32,000 bases of DNA. Origin: an uncultured Candidatus Saccharibacteria bacterium (GTDB lineage Bacteria; Patescibacteriota; UBA1384; XYA2-FULL-43-10; 1-14-0-10-43-13). The stretch is taken from contig CAZIYE010000001.1 of NCBI GenBank assembly GCA_964543385.1, positions 570,001 through 602,000 of the forward strand, read 5' to 3'. Position 1 is the stretch's first letter; each line of letters begins with the position of its first letter. The notes beneath the pieces are model-generated. The model saw only the letters and a program-made list of their open reading frames with translations. It was not told where the DNA came from and did no database searches. This document shows positions 1 through 8,700 of this stretch, in pieces. A program made the position numbers and the translations under genes.

Positions 1-1296
1 GCCACACAAAAGGCAGTTGAATTTATCGGGAGCAACTCTAAAAAAATCTCCAAGAAAGAGGAGATAGCTCAAGTTGCCTCTGTTTCGTCAGGAGACGAAA
101 AGATTGGCAATATGATAGCCGAAGTGATGGACAAGGTAGGTAAAGACGGCGTTGTCACTGTAGAAGAGTCAAATACTATGGGTATGGAAACTGATGTTGT
201 TGAGGGGATGCAATTTGATAATGGTTACATTAGCCAATATATGATCACTGACACTGCTTCTATGAAAGCAACTATGGAGAACCCTTATATTTTGATTACC
301 GATAAAAAGATTTCTTCCATTCAAGAGATTCTACCGATGCTTGAAAAGATGGCTCAAAGTGGCAAGAAAGATATTGTTATTATCGCCGAAGATGTCGATG
401 GTGAAGCCTTGGCAACACTAGTAGTGAACAAACTTAGAGGCGTTCTAAATGTTCTTGCAATCAAAGCTCCTGGTTTTGGTGACAGAAGAAAGGAAATGCT
501 CGCTGACATCGCAGTTTTGACTGGCGGTACCGTTATCTCCGCTGATCTTGGTCATAAATTAGAAGATACTGAGATTAAAATGCTTGGTCAGGCTAGGAAA
601 GTAGAGTCTGATAAAGATCACACAGTTTTAGTCGAGGGTAAGGGTACAGCTGCTGATATAAAAGCTCGAGTATCTCAAATAAAAAAACAGATTGAGAAAT
701 CAACCTCTGATTATGATAAGGATAAGCTAAATGAGAGAATGGCTAAGCTTGCCGGTGGAGTAGGTGTCATCAAAGTTGGTGCAGCTACTGAGACCGAGAT
801 GAAAGAGATCAAATATAAGGTTGAAGACGCTGTCCATGCCACAAAAGCTGCGATTGCAGAAGGTATTGTTGCTGGCGGTGGGGTAGTCCTATTAAATGCT
901 CAAAAAGCAGTTATGAAGCTGATGAAAGAGCTTTCTGCTTCAGGTGTGAATTCTGTAAATAATGATGTTTTTGTCGGTGCTAATATTGTAATGAAGGCGT
1001 TATCCGTACCTACAAAACAAATAGCTGATAATGCTGGTGTGGAAGGTTCTGTAGTCCTTGATAAGGTCGCATCGATGAAAGCTGGCGAAGGCTACAATGC
1101 TTCTACTGGTGAATATGGCGATATGATCAAGATGGGTATTATTGATCCAGCCAAAGTTACTAGAAGTGCGCTTCAAAATGCCGCTTCTATTGCTGCTCTT
1201 GTTTTGACTACAGAAGCTCTGGTTGCTGATAAGCCAGAAGAGAAGAAAGAAATGCCAGCTATGGGTGGAAATCCATATGGAGGCATGGGAATGTAA
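1..1296 (+). CDS. groEL: Chaperonin GroEL, 5' partial
   Basis: Frame is open from base 1 ([28 protein letters not shown]...), upstream of the tracked ATG at 112. Contains [15 protein letters not shown] and [16 protein letters not shown], and a [10 protein letters not shown] tail. Confidence 0.98.
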   Translation, partial: ATQKAVEFIGSNSKKISKKEEIAQVASVSSGDEKIGNMIAEVMDKVGKDGVVTVEESNTMGMETDVVEGMQFDNGYISQYMITDTASMKATMENPYILITDKKISSIQEILPMLEKMAQSGKKDIVIIAEDVDGEALATLVVNKLRGVLNVLAIKAPGFGDRRKEMLADIAVLTGGTVISADLGHKLEDTEIKMLGQARKVESDKDHTVLVEGKGTAADIKARVSQIKKQIEKSTSDYDKDKLNERMAKLAGGVGVIKVGAATETEMKEIKYKVEDAVHATKAAIAEGIVAGGGVVLLNAQKAVMKLMKELSASGVNSVNNDVFVGANIVMKALSVPTKQIADNAGVEGSVVLDKVASMKAGEGYNASTGEYGDMIKMGIIDPAKVTRSALQNAASIAALVLTTEALVADKPEEKKEMPAMGGNPYGGMGM

Positions 1297-1326
1297 AAGT
1301 ATATACGAATAAACTAATCTCACAAT

Positions 1327-1360
1327 AAAAGAAGACCCTCTCTATTTAGGGTCTTCTTTT
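1327..1360. terminator. Bidirectional intrinsic terminator between groEL and the convergent PRC-barrel gene
   Basis: AAAAGAAGACCCT - loop - AGGGTCTTCTTTT, A-tract on one side and T-tract on the other. Confidence 0.9.
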
Positions 1361-1362
1361 AT

Positions 1363-1884
1363 TTAATTCGTTGAGATTGCATCTACTGTTGCCATTGAAC
1401 TTATTTTATTAGAGGTAAAATTGTCTTTTATTCTGATAATTTTTCCATTTATGGATATGACTTTGTCTGCGCTTATTATTCTTTCCGCAAAAAGGTGTTT
1501 GATATAAAACTTAACAATTGCAAGATTTCCAGTCTCAATTAGGAAGTCATATACATAACCGATATACGTGCCACTGCTCGTCTCAACTCTCTGATTTATA
1601 CCAAAGACTTTTCTTTTAATCAGCTTTTCTAACTGGATTGATTCGTCTAAATCTACAATTGACTCTATGTCATTTATCATAATCCCGTCCTTGAGAAGAT
1701 GAACAATATCAATATTAAGGACAAATTTATCCTTTTGAAAAGACCAAAAGGGCATATCTACCGCAATGGCCGCAATTGAGATTGAGCTATCGTCAATAAT
1801 GACTTCTGAGATTCGCCCTATTTTGGTTTGATCTCTTAATTCAGCGACCGTCGATCCAATAATAGAAGTATATCGAACTATCAT
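1363..1884 (-). CDS. PRC-barrel domain protein, probably two barrel repeats
   Basis: IIGSTVAELRDQTKIGRISEVIIDDSSISIAAIAVD resembles a PRC-barrel; similar second half (KRKVFGINQRVETSSGTYIGYVYDFLIE). Confidence 0.65.
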   Translation of the reverse strand: MIVRYTSIIGSTVAELRDQTKIGRISEVIIDDSSISIAAIAVDMPFWSFQKDKFVLNIDIVHLLKDGIMINDIESIVDLDESIQLEKLIKRKVFGINQRVETSSGTYIGYVYDFLIETGNLAIVKFYIKHLFAERIISADKVISINGKIIRIKDNFTSNKISSMATVDAISTN

Positions 1885-1947
1885 CTATGCCTTAGTTAAT
1901 TTGTTATGGATTGATTTATTCTTTAATCAATCCATAAACATATAAAC

Positions 1948-2505
1948 CTAGGCTCTTTCTACGTAGCTTCCGTCGGAGGTGTTAACAACAATTTTATCGC
2001 CTTCTTTGATAAAAATTGGTGCATCGATAATAGTTCCAGTAGACAGGGTAACTTTTTTAGTAATACTTCCTGCAGAATTGCCTTTAACAGCAGGTGGAGC
2101 AGAGATAATATCAAAGGTCATTTTGATTGGTAGTTCAATATTCAGTGGCTCGTCGCCAAAGTATAATATATCAACATTCGAATTATCAATCAGAAATTGT
2201 TTCTGATCTCCAATTTTCTGCAATGGCAATGTAAATTGCTCATATGTTTCGTTGTCCATAAAGTATGCATCCTGCTCGTCAAAATACAAATACATTACGA
2301 CTTTTTTGCTCAGATCGGCTTCTTCAACCTTGTCAGCCCCCTGAAAGGTTTTATCTATATTGCCGCCAGTTCTTAAATTCTTTAGCTTTGTCTTTACAAC
2401 AGCGCCACCACGCCCCATTTTGGAATGTGAATAAGAGATGACAATATATGGATCACCATCCAGGGTCAATTTAGCGCCAGTTTTTAAATCAGTGATACCT
2501 AACAT
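1948..2505 (-). CDS. efp: Translation elongation factor P
   Basis: KMGRGGAVVKTKLKNLRTGGNIDKTF and C-terminal ATLSTG-like/DGSYVERA region; 185 aa. Confidence 0.95.
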   Translation of the reverse strand: MLGITDLKTGAKLTLDGDPYIVISYSHSKMGRGGAVVKTKLKNLRTGGNIDKTFQGADKVEEADLSKKVVMYLYFDEQDAYFMDNETYEQFTLPLQKIGDQKQFLIDNSNVDILYFGDEPLNIELPIKMTFDIISAPPAVKGNSAGSITKKVTLSTGTIIDAPIFIKEGDKIVVNTSDGSYVERA

Positions 2506-2609
2506 AAATAAGTTCCTTTCATACTAAATACAGATTGAACAGATTACAGATTAACAGCATATAAACCTCTTTTGTATCTGTTATTCGAGTGATCTGTATT
2601 CTGTATGTC

Positions 2610-2816
2610 TTAGCGAACTGTAAAAGGTAGAAGAGCTAAAAATCTTGCTCTCTTGATAGCGCGCTCTACTTGTCTTTGGTGTTTAGCGCAGTTACTGTTA
2701 CGACTTGCTGGTTGAATTTTATTCCAACGATCTAAATAACGTCCTAAAGTTGTGATGTCTTTATAATCAACCTCAGTCATCTTGGCAGCACATATTAAAC
2801 ATTTTTTTCTTGACAT
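2610..2816 (-). CDS. rpsR: 30S ribosomal protein S18
   Basis: DYKDITTLGRYLDRWNKIQPASRNSNCAKHQRQVERAIKRARFLALLPF. Confidence 0.96.
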   Translation of the reverse strand: MSRKKCLICAAKMTEVDYKDITTLGRYLDRWNKIQPASRNSNCAKHQRQVERAIKRARFLALLPFTVR

Positions 2817-2834
2817 AATTTTCCTTAAAAAGTA

Positions 2835-3269
2835 TTAAAATGGTATTTCTTCTATATCTATTTCTTCTTCGTTCTTCGGCGCAGATTGAGCGATATTTTC
2901 CACTGGATTGCTTGCCTTTGGAGTATAGCTTCCTTTGCCTCTGCTTCCTAGAGCGATGATGCTTTCAGCAATAATCTCTGTTTTGTATCTTTTCACACCG
3001 TCTTGACCTTCCCAATTTCGTGTCTGGATTCTACCTTCGACGAAGACAGGATCGCCCTTTTTTATCATTGGGGTCACATTTTCTGCTTGTTTTCCCCAGA
3101 CAACAACGTCATGGTATTCTGTGGCTTCGCCATCAGTACCGTCCTGATTCTTCCATCTTCGATTTGTCGCAACTGCGAAGTTCGCAACTGCTTGACCGTT
3201 CGGAGTGAATCTCATCTCAGGGTCTCTGGTCATATTTCCAAGTATTTGAGCTCTGTTCAAATTAAGCAT
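2835..3269 (-). CDS. ssb: Single-stranded DNA-binding protein
   Basis: MLNLNRAQILGNMTRDPEMRFTPNGQAVANFAVATNR OB-fold, acidic C-terminal tail ending DIEEIPF; between rpsF and rpsR. Confidence 0.96.
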   Translation of the reverse strand: MLNLNRAQILGNMTRDPEMRFTPNGQAVANFAVATNRRWKNQDGTDGEATEYHDVVVWGKQAENVTPMIKKGDPVFVEGRIQTRNWEGQDGVKRYKTEIIAESIIALGSRGKGSYTPKASNPVENIAQSAPKNEEEIDIEEIPF

Positions 3270-3359
3270 AACACCTCACTTTATTGAGAGCTGAGAGTTA
3301 AGTGTTTAGAGATTATTTTTTAAAATACTCTCAACTCTATACTCTAAACACTGAGCTAA

Positions 3360-4046
3360 TTATAACTCATCTTTCAAGATATCGTCGAGCTCATCGTTCA
3401 ATTTTGAAAGTCTCTCAACTTCATCGTTGACTTTTTCTTTCTTAGCAGCTTTTGGAGCAGAAGCCTTTTTTTCTGGCTTAGCCTCTACTACTTCCTCTGT
3501 TTTCTCTTTCTTAGCAGCTTTTGGAGCAGAAGCCTTTTTTTCTGGCTTAGCCTCTACTACTTCTTCTTCTTCTACCTGAATCTCTTCTTTTGCAGCTTCT
3601 TCAACGACTTCTGCTTTTTCTTCTTGGCGCTTTGCCATTAGGCTTTTGCTATCTTTGGTTTCTCCTATAATAGCTTCAAATGATTTTTCGCCACCGACAA
3701 CTTCTTCGATCTCATTTGCTTGAGCGATCTCCTCAGCAGAAAGGCTTATTTTTTCATTGCTGAGCTCTTTGATAATCATTAACTGGCGAAGAACACCATC
3801 AATGTGTCGAAGGTCTTTCTCAAATTCGATTGCCTTGTTTGCTGGCAAATCAAAATAAAGGGTAACGTAAGTAGCAAAATCCTGTTTTTTAATAGGATAT
3901 GCCAACTTTCTTCGTCCCCAAATGTCTTCCTTGGTAGTCTTCCCGCCAAGTTCTTTAACGAAACCGGAAACTTTTCCGGTCACTTTGTTCAAATCACTCT
4001 CTGGTACCTCATCAGAAACGAGGTACGTAAGCTCGTACTTTCTCAA
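3360..4046 (-). CDS. rpsF: 30S ribosomal protein S6 with long low-complexity C-terminal extension; TTG start
   Basis: MRKYELTYLVSDEVPESDL...GRRKLAYPIKKQDFATYV; start codon at 4046-4044 reads TTG, with AAAGGAG just upstream. Confidence 0.92.
   Translation of the reverse strand: MRKYELTYLVSDEVPESDLNKVTGKVSGFVKELGGKTTKEDIWGRRKLAYPIKKQDFATYVTLYFDLPANKAIEFEKDLRHIDGVLRQLMIIKELSNEKISLSAEEIAQANEIEEVVGGEKSFEAIIGETKDSKSLMAKRQEEKAEVVEEAAKEEIQVEEEEVVEAKPEKKASAPKAAKKEKTEEVVEAKPEKKASAPKAAKKEKVNDEVERLSKLNDELDDILKDEL
3441..3560. repeat. Tandem 69-bp direct repeat encoding VVEAKPEKKASAPKAAKKEKTEE units within rpsF
   Basis: cttagcagcttttggagcagaagcc occurs at 3441 and 3510 (69 bp apart), with matching flanks. 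Confidence 0.9.
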
Positions 4047-4061
4047 TGTGCTCCTTTCATG

Positions 4062-4134
4062 GCGCCGATTCGGTCAGAATTTCTTCTTAGTCCGCTTGAG
4101 ATCGAACATCGGCTCTCCCGTCATACAACAGGAG
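4062..4134 (-). promoter_or_regulatory. Candidate structured rpsF leader (possible S6:S18 autoregulatory RNA)
   Basis: Minus strand: hairpin CTCCTGT-TGTATG-ACGGGAG, then GCCGAT...ATCGGC enclosing CGG...AGAA-GAAA-TTCT-GACCG. The first stem has a G-U pair valid only on the minus-strand transcript. Confidence 0.4.
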
Positions 4135-4190
4135 AAAAGTTAATTAATTTGTATGCTGACAATAGCAGAAAATATGTAAAAGCGCAAGTT

Positions 4191-5276
4191 TTATACGTTG
4201 AATCTAAATACTACGACGTCGCCGTCTTTCATTACATAATTTTTGCCTTCAGTGCGGACCAGACCATGTGATTTGGCGCCTAACCAGCCACTCTGTGCAT
4301 AAATATCCTGCCAGGGAACTATTTCCGCAGCAATAAAGCCTTTTTCAAAGTCACCATGTATTGCTCCTGCTGCCTTTGGCGCAGTGTCGCCTTGATGAAT
4401 TGTCCAAGCACGAGTTTCGTCTTCACCAGTCGTCAAATAGGTTTGAAGCCCTAATGTTTTAAAAGCCTCTTTTATTAAGCGATTTAGGCCAGAATCTGTT
4501 ATCCCTAGAGTTTCGAGGTATTCACTCTTTTCTGGGTCTGTAAGATCATTTAATTCTGCTTCAAGCTTGGCAGAAATCGGAATAAATTGATCGGATTTCT
4601 CAGCAGAGATTACCTTTTTCCACGAGTTATCTGCAAGCTGTTCTTCGCTGACATTAGCTATATATATAATAGGTTTTTGTGTCATCAGGCCAAGACCTTT
4701 TAGAACCTCTTTCTCCTGTTCGCTAAGGTCTGCTTCTCGAGCATTTTTACCAGCATAAAGCTGATCCTTTATCTTTTGCAGGCCAGAATGGGCAAATTTA
4801 GACTCTTTGCTGCCTGATTTAAGCTCTTTTTCGATAGAGAAAAGTCTTTTCTCTACAGTCGAAATATCGGCAAGTTGGAGCTCAGTTTCTATTGTTGAGA
4901 TATCATCAAAAGGGTTGATCTTGCCGTCGACATGAGTCACATTGTCGTCGACAAAAAATCTAGTGACCATGCCGACAGCGTCACATTCTCGGATATGGGC
5001 AAGGAATTTATTGCCAAGACCTTCTCCCTTGGAGGCACCACGAACAAGTCCTGCAATATCAACGAATTCGACGACAGCCGGTACAATCTTTTTTGATTTA
5101 GAAATTTCAGCCAATGGTTTCAAGCGCTCATCGGGAACCTCGACAATACCAACATTTGGCTCAATAGTGCAAAAAGGATAATTTGCTGCTTCTGCGTGAG
5201 AGCCCTTTACTAGAGCGTTGAAAAGTGTAGATTTACCTACATTTGGCAGTCCGACGATACCTATCTTTAATGACAT
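4191..5276 (-). CDS. ychF: Ribosome-binding ATPase YchF/OLA1 family
   Basis: MSLKIGIVGLPNVGKSTLFNALVKGSHAEAANYPFCTIEPNVGIVEVPD; C-terminal TGS-like region ending VVVFRFNV. Confidence 0.97.
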   Translation of the reverse strand: MSLKIGIVGLPNVGKSTLFNALVKGSHAEAANYPFCTIEPNVGIVEVPDERLKPLAEISKSKKIVPAVVEFVDIAGLVRGASKGEGLGNKFLAHIRECDAVGMVTRFFVDDNVTHVDGKINPFDDISTIETELQLADISTVEKRLFSIEKELKSGSKESKFAHSGLQKIKDQLYAGKNAREADLSEQEKEVLKGLGLMTQKPIIYIANVSEEQLADNSWKKVISAEKSDQFIPISAKLEAELNDLTDPEKSEYLETLGITDSGLNRLIKEAFKTLGLQTYLTTGEDETRAWTIHQGDTAPKAAGAIHGDFEKGFIAAEIVPWQDIYAQSGWLGAKSHGLVRTEGKNYVMKDGDVVVFRFNV

Positions 5277-5368
5277 TTGTTCCTTTTACGTTTACTTTCA
5301 AATAATAATATTTAAAAAACTCCGGCTAAATATACCAGATCTAAGCGTATTTGTGAACAAGCAAGCAT

Positions 5369-5397
5369 TTGACTAGCAAGAAATTTAGGGGTATAAA
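5369..5397 (+). promoter_or_regulatory. Sigma70-like promoter for the small GC-rich unit
   Basis: TTGACT (5369-5374), 17-nt spacer, TATAAA (5392-5397). Confidence 0.65.
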
Positions 5398-5454
5398 AAT
5401 ACTTAATCAACCCCCAAGGTTGACCATCCAAACCCCATAGGAGGTCACTGTATC

Positions 5455-5619
5455 ATGGCTAGCAAGCCGACAGGTAAAGGTTTCACCTCGTCGCAGATGA
5501 AATCTCGAAGGCTCAAGGAGCAGCGGCAAAAGCGCCGTGAAAGCGAAGCGCTCGAAAAGGCGCGACGTAATCGCGAATCGCAGATGCGGCAACAGGCCCG
5601 CCGGTGGCAACCGGCATAA
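5455..5619 (+). CDS. 54-aa arginine/lysine-rich hypothetical protein (absent from supplied ORF track)
   Basis: ATG-TAA ORF MASKPTGKGFTSSQMKSRRLKEQRQKRRESEALEKARRNRESQMRQQARRWQPA; AGGAGG SD ahead of the ATG; 96/165 bases are G or C. Confidence 0.65.
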   Translation: MASKPTGKGFTSSQMKSRRLKEQRQKRRESEALEKARRNRESQMRQQARRWQPA

Positions 5620-5643
5620 CTTAGCGCACTAATGCGCACTCAT

Positions 5644-5690
5644 ACTATCGGCTCCCTGCACCTCGTGTACGGGAGCCGAAGTCTTTTCAG
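5644..5690 (+). terminator. Probable intrinsic terminator downstream of the 54-aa ORF
   Basis: CGGCTCCCtgcac-ctc-gtgtacGGGAGCCG hairpin followed by aagtcttttcagtcaagttttt. Confidence 0.6.
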
Positions 5691-5780
5691 TCAAGTTTTT
5701 ATTACATGAAATTGCTATTTTATTGCAATATATTTCCGTTTTGTTGTTAGCATAATTGCTTTTTAGTATACTTAAAAGCA

Positions 5781-8700
5781 ATGACTACAGAAGATGGGGA
5801 CAAACCAATTGCGGTAGCCGAAAATCCCGCAGAAGGAAGCGAACTGGAGGAAATCGAAGCATCGGATACCGCTTTGCTGCACAGTGATTTTGATGTGGCT
5901 GTTTCTGAGGTTGTGAGTCGACAGGAAATAGCGGCTGCAGTTTTTGATGAAGAACAAACCATTTTATCGCAGGCAAGCTCAACGGAAGAATTTATTGGAA
6001 TTGAGAATGAGACAATCCCGATCGAATTAGTGGCTAGTATCCAGGGGATTGAAAAATTATTTGAAGAAATTGACGTAATTGATATTAAGGAATTCCCATC
6101 ACTGATCCTTAAAATCAAGATACTTGCTGATGAAGCAAAAAAATTGCTCAAAAAGTCAGAGGATGGTCTTCAGGCTAGTGGAGGTGAACTTCTTGGTATT
6201 GAAAGTGAAATCAAGAAAAAAACAACTACTCTGAGTGAGGAAAATGAAAAAGATTTTTGGGGAAAACTTTTCCGCATTGGAGAGCGCAGTTCGCTTAAGA
6301 AAGCAATAAAAGATTTGAAGGTCAAAGAAGGCAAAATTTCTACGATTAAAGATGATCAATTAGGCAGAAAAACTGATGCCGAAAAATTATTAAGAAAAGT
6401 TGAAAAATATCTTGATGATACCATTGTCAAACTTGTCACTAAGATTTTCCAAAGTTTAAAAGCTGAAACTGAAAAAACTAGAGAAAAAATGACTGATCCG
6501 CGGCTAAGAGCTGGTATGAATGAGCAGCTCGTCGATTCAGAATTTTTACCACTTTTTGAGCAACTAAAATTAGAGGGGAAATATTTTAGCGATGAGGAGA
6601 TATCCTTTTATCTGCAGCACAGAAAAGAAATTGCCAGAGACGGGATTCAAGATACGTATAGTATGTCAGCTGAAGATCGAGAAGCATATGAAGCCAAATT
6701 TGATCAAATCAGAAAATTAGAGGAAAGAAGTGGCTATAAATTATACTGGAAGTCAACGGCCCTGAGTCTCGATCCTGATCGAGGTTCGACACCAGATGAG
6801 AGATATGACGATATTTTCAAATTGTTAACAGAAATAGGTTTGCGCCAAAAAGTTGATGCCGTTCTTGATCTTGTGGGTGATCTTGGTATAAGCACTGAAG
6901 CAAAAACGAAAATCTATACTGAAACGAAGAAGGAGTTCTTGGAATATTATTATAGTTATCAAGATCTAGATAAACGCCCAGACATTCAAGTCTACGCTGA
7001 TTTTTGTGAAATGCCGGGAGAATTGGGAAGATGGCAAACAACTAGGGATATTTGTATAGAGTCCGGCCTGATTGATGAGGCAACTTTCCATCAAGCCGAG
7101 GAAATACTAATAGACTATTTACAGCAAAAATATCTTAGTAAAAAAGGTGGGGAACCAGATACACAAGTCGAACAGGTTTTTAACTTGGGTAATCCCGGGG
7201 TAATCCCCGTTCTTTATCAGTTTGTAGTTTTGCACGGTAGCCACTCAGGCGAACGGGCAATGAGGCGTCTTCTTACGCTAATAGACGAAAAATATTCCCA
7301 CGAAGAGGTGCTACAGTCAACCAAAGATTTGCCAGGTGATGACCAAAAAATTTTTGAGTTGCTCCTTGATAAGGACTCATGTCTTAATAGATTTGCTAGA
7401 GAAAGCTATTTATGGACAATGTTTGGTTACCTGGGAGATCCAAAAAAAACTCTGAGGAATGAGGCATACACCCAGAAATTGCTTGATAGTGGATACCCAG
7501 AAGACAAAGCAGCCGAGTTTTTTACCGGTAGGTGGTGGGGGAAGGACTTACTTATCGGTTGCGTTGAAATTGCCGAGGTCTTGGGCATAGATAAGGAGAT
7601 AATTATCGAAGATTATTTCAAAGACATCACTCGTTCAGTTTACCTTGAAAGTCCAGATTCTTTAGAGATTATTGGGTTAGTAGCAAAAGAGCTGGGAGTG
7701 CCAGCTCTAGAAATTTATCACCGCATTGAGTCTGAGATGGTGCGAAGTAAAGAAGATAAGCAAAGCGTTCATTCTCCGCAGGGCATTATTGAATCTTGCA
7801 GAGTTTTGTCTGACATTACCGGCGAAAGCTTGAAAGCTGTGGTTGATCGATACTATCCAATCAAGGCTATTCCAACGTATCAAGAAAAGTACGCTGAAAT
7901 ATTTGAGGAATTAGCACAGATACTAGAGGTGCCAGTCGGCTCTCTTGTTTTAGAGAATCTCTTACCACAATTGTCATCCAAAAGGGGAGATAGAGGCGGA
8001 CTCTATATTGTCAATAGCAAGGATAAAAGAAATTTTTTATTCAATTCTGTTAGCTCTTTTTTACAAACCAATCCCGTACTTAGTTCCACAGAAGATTATT
8101 GCAAAATTTTCAACCTATTCGATGAATTAAATAAAGATTGGTTGGGCTCTGATTTTGAAAAATTTTCTGATGAAGAAAAAGAGAAGATAAATTCAGGCAA
8201 AGTTGATCTTGCTAGATCCTTTGGAGAGATTTTAGCAAAAGGCGGAAATCGAGAAGAGATTATTCGGGCAATTCGGGCATTTGCTCCGGTTATATCTCTG
8301 GATGACTCAAAGTATGCTGAAATATTTACTCTTTTGGCTGAAACAATGGAAATGGCTCCAGAGTCGTTGGTATCAGAAACGCTTATTTTCGACGAAAAGC
8401 TCGGACTTATTCTACCAAAAATCAAAAAAAGTGACTCAAGGTGTTTGATCGGAAAGGCACTTTTTGAATTGGCCAAAACCGATCGAGTCCTAAGTTCTGC
8501 CAAAGAGATTAAAAAAGTTTTTAATGCTTTGTCGGCCCTCCAGTTGATTGGGGCAGAAGAAGATCCATCTGATGAAGAAATCAAGGTTATTTTTGAAACA
8601 AAGGAATACCTGATTGGCTATGTGAGGGAAAAAATGAAGAATGATCCAAATAAAATAGACATAATTGGAACACTTATTTCCCTCAAATCAGTTACCTTCC

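Noticed and set aside
1000-1323. Antisense ORF within the 3' end of groEL, and many similar antisense ORFs across the window
   Set aside because: Each overlaps a strongly supported conserved CDS and its translation shows no recognisable domain. They look like shadow ORFs.
5407-5639. Two minus-strand ORFs (67 and 64 aa) over the GC-rich island
   Set aside because: The plus strand has the promoter, AGGAGG SD and downstream terminator-like hairpin; I saw no comparable minus-strand signals.
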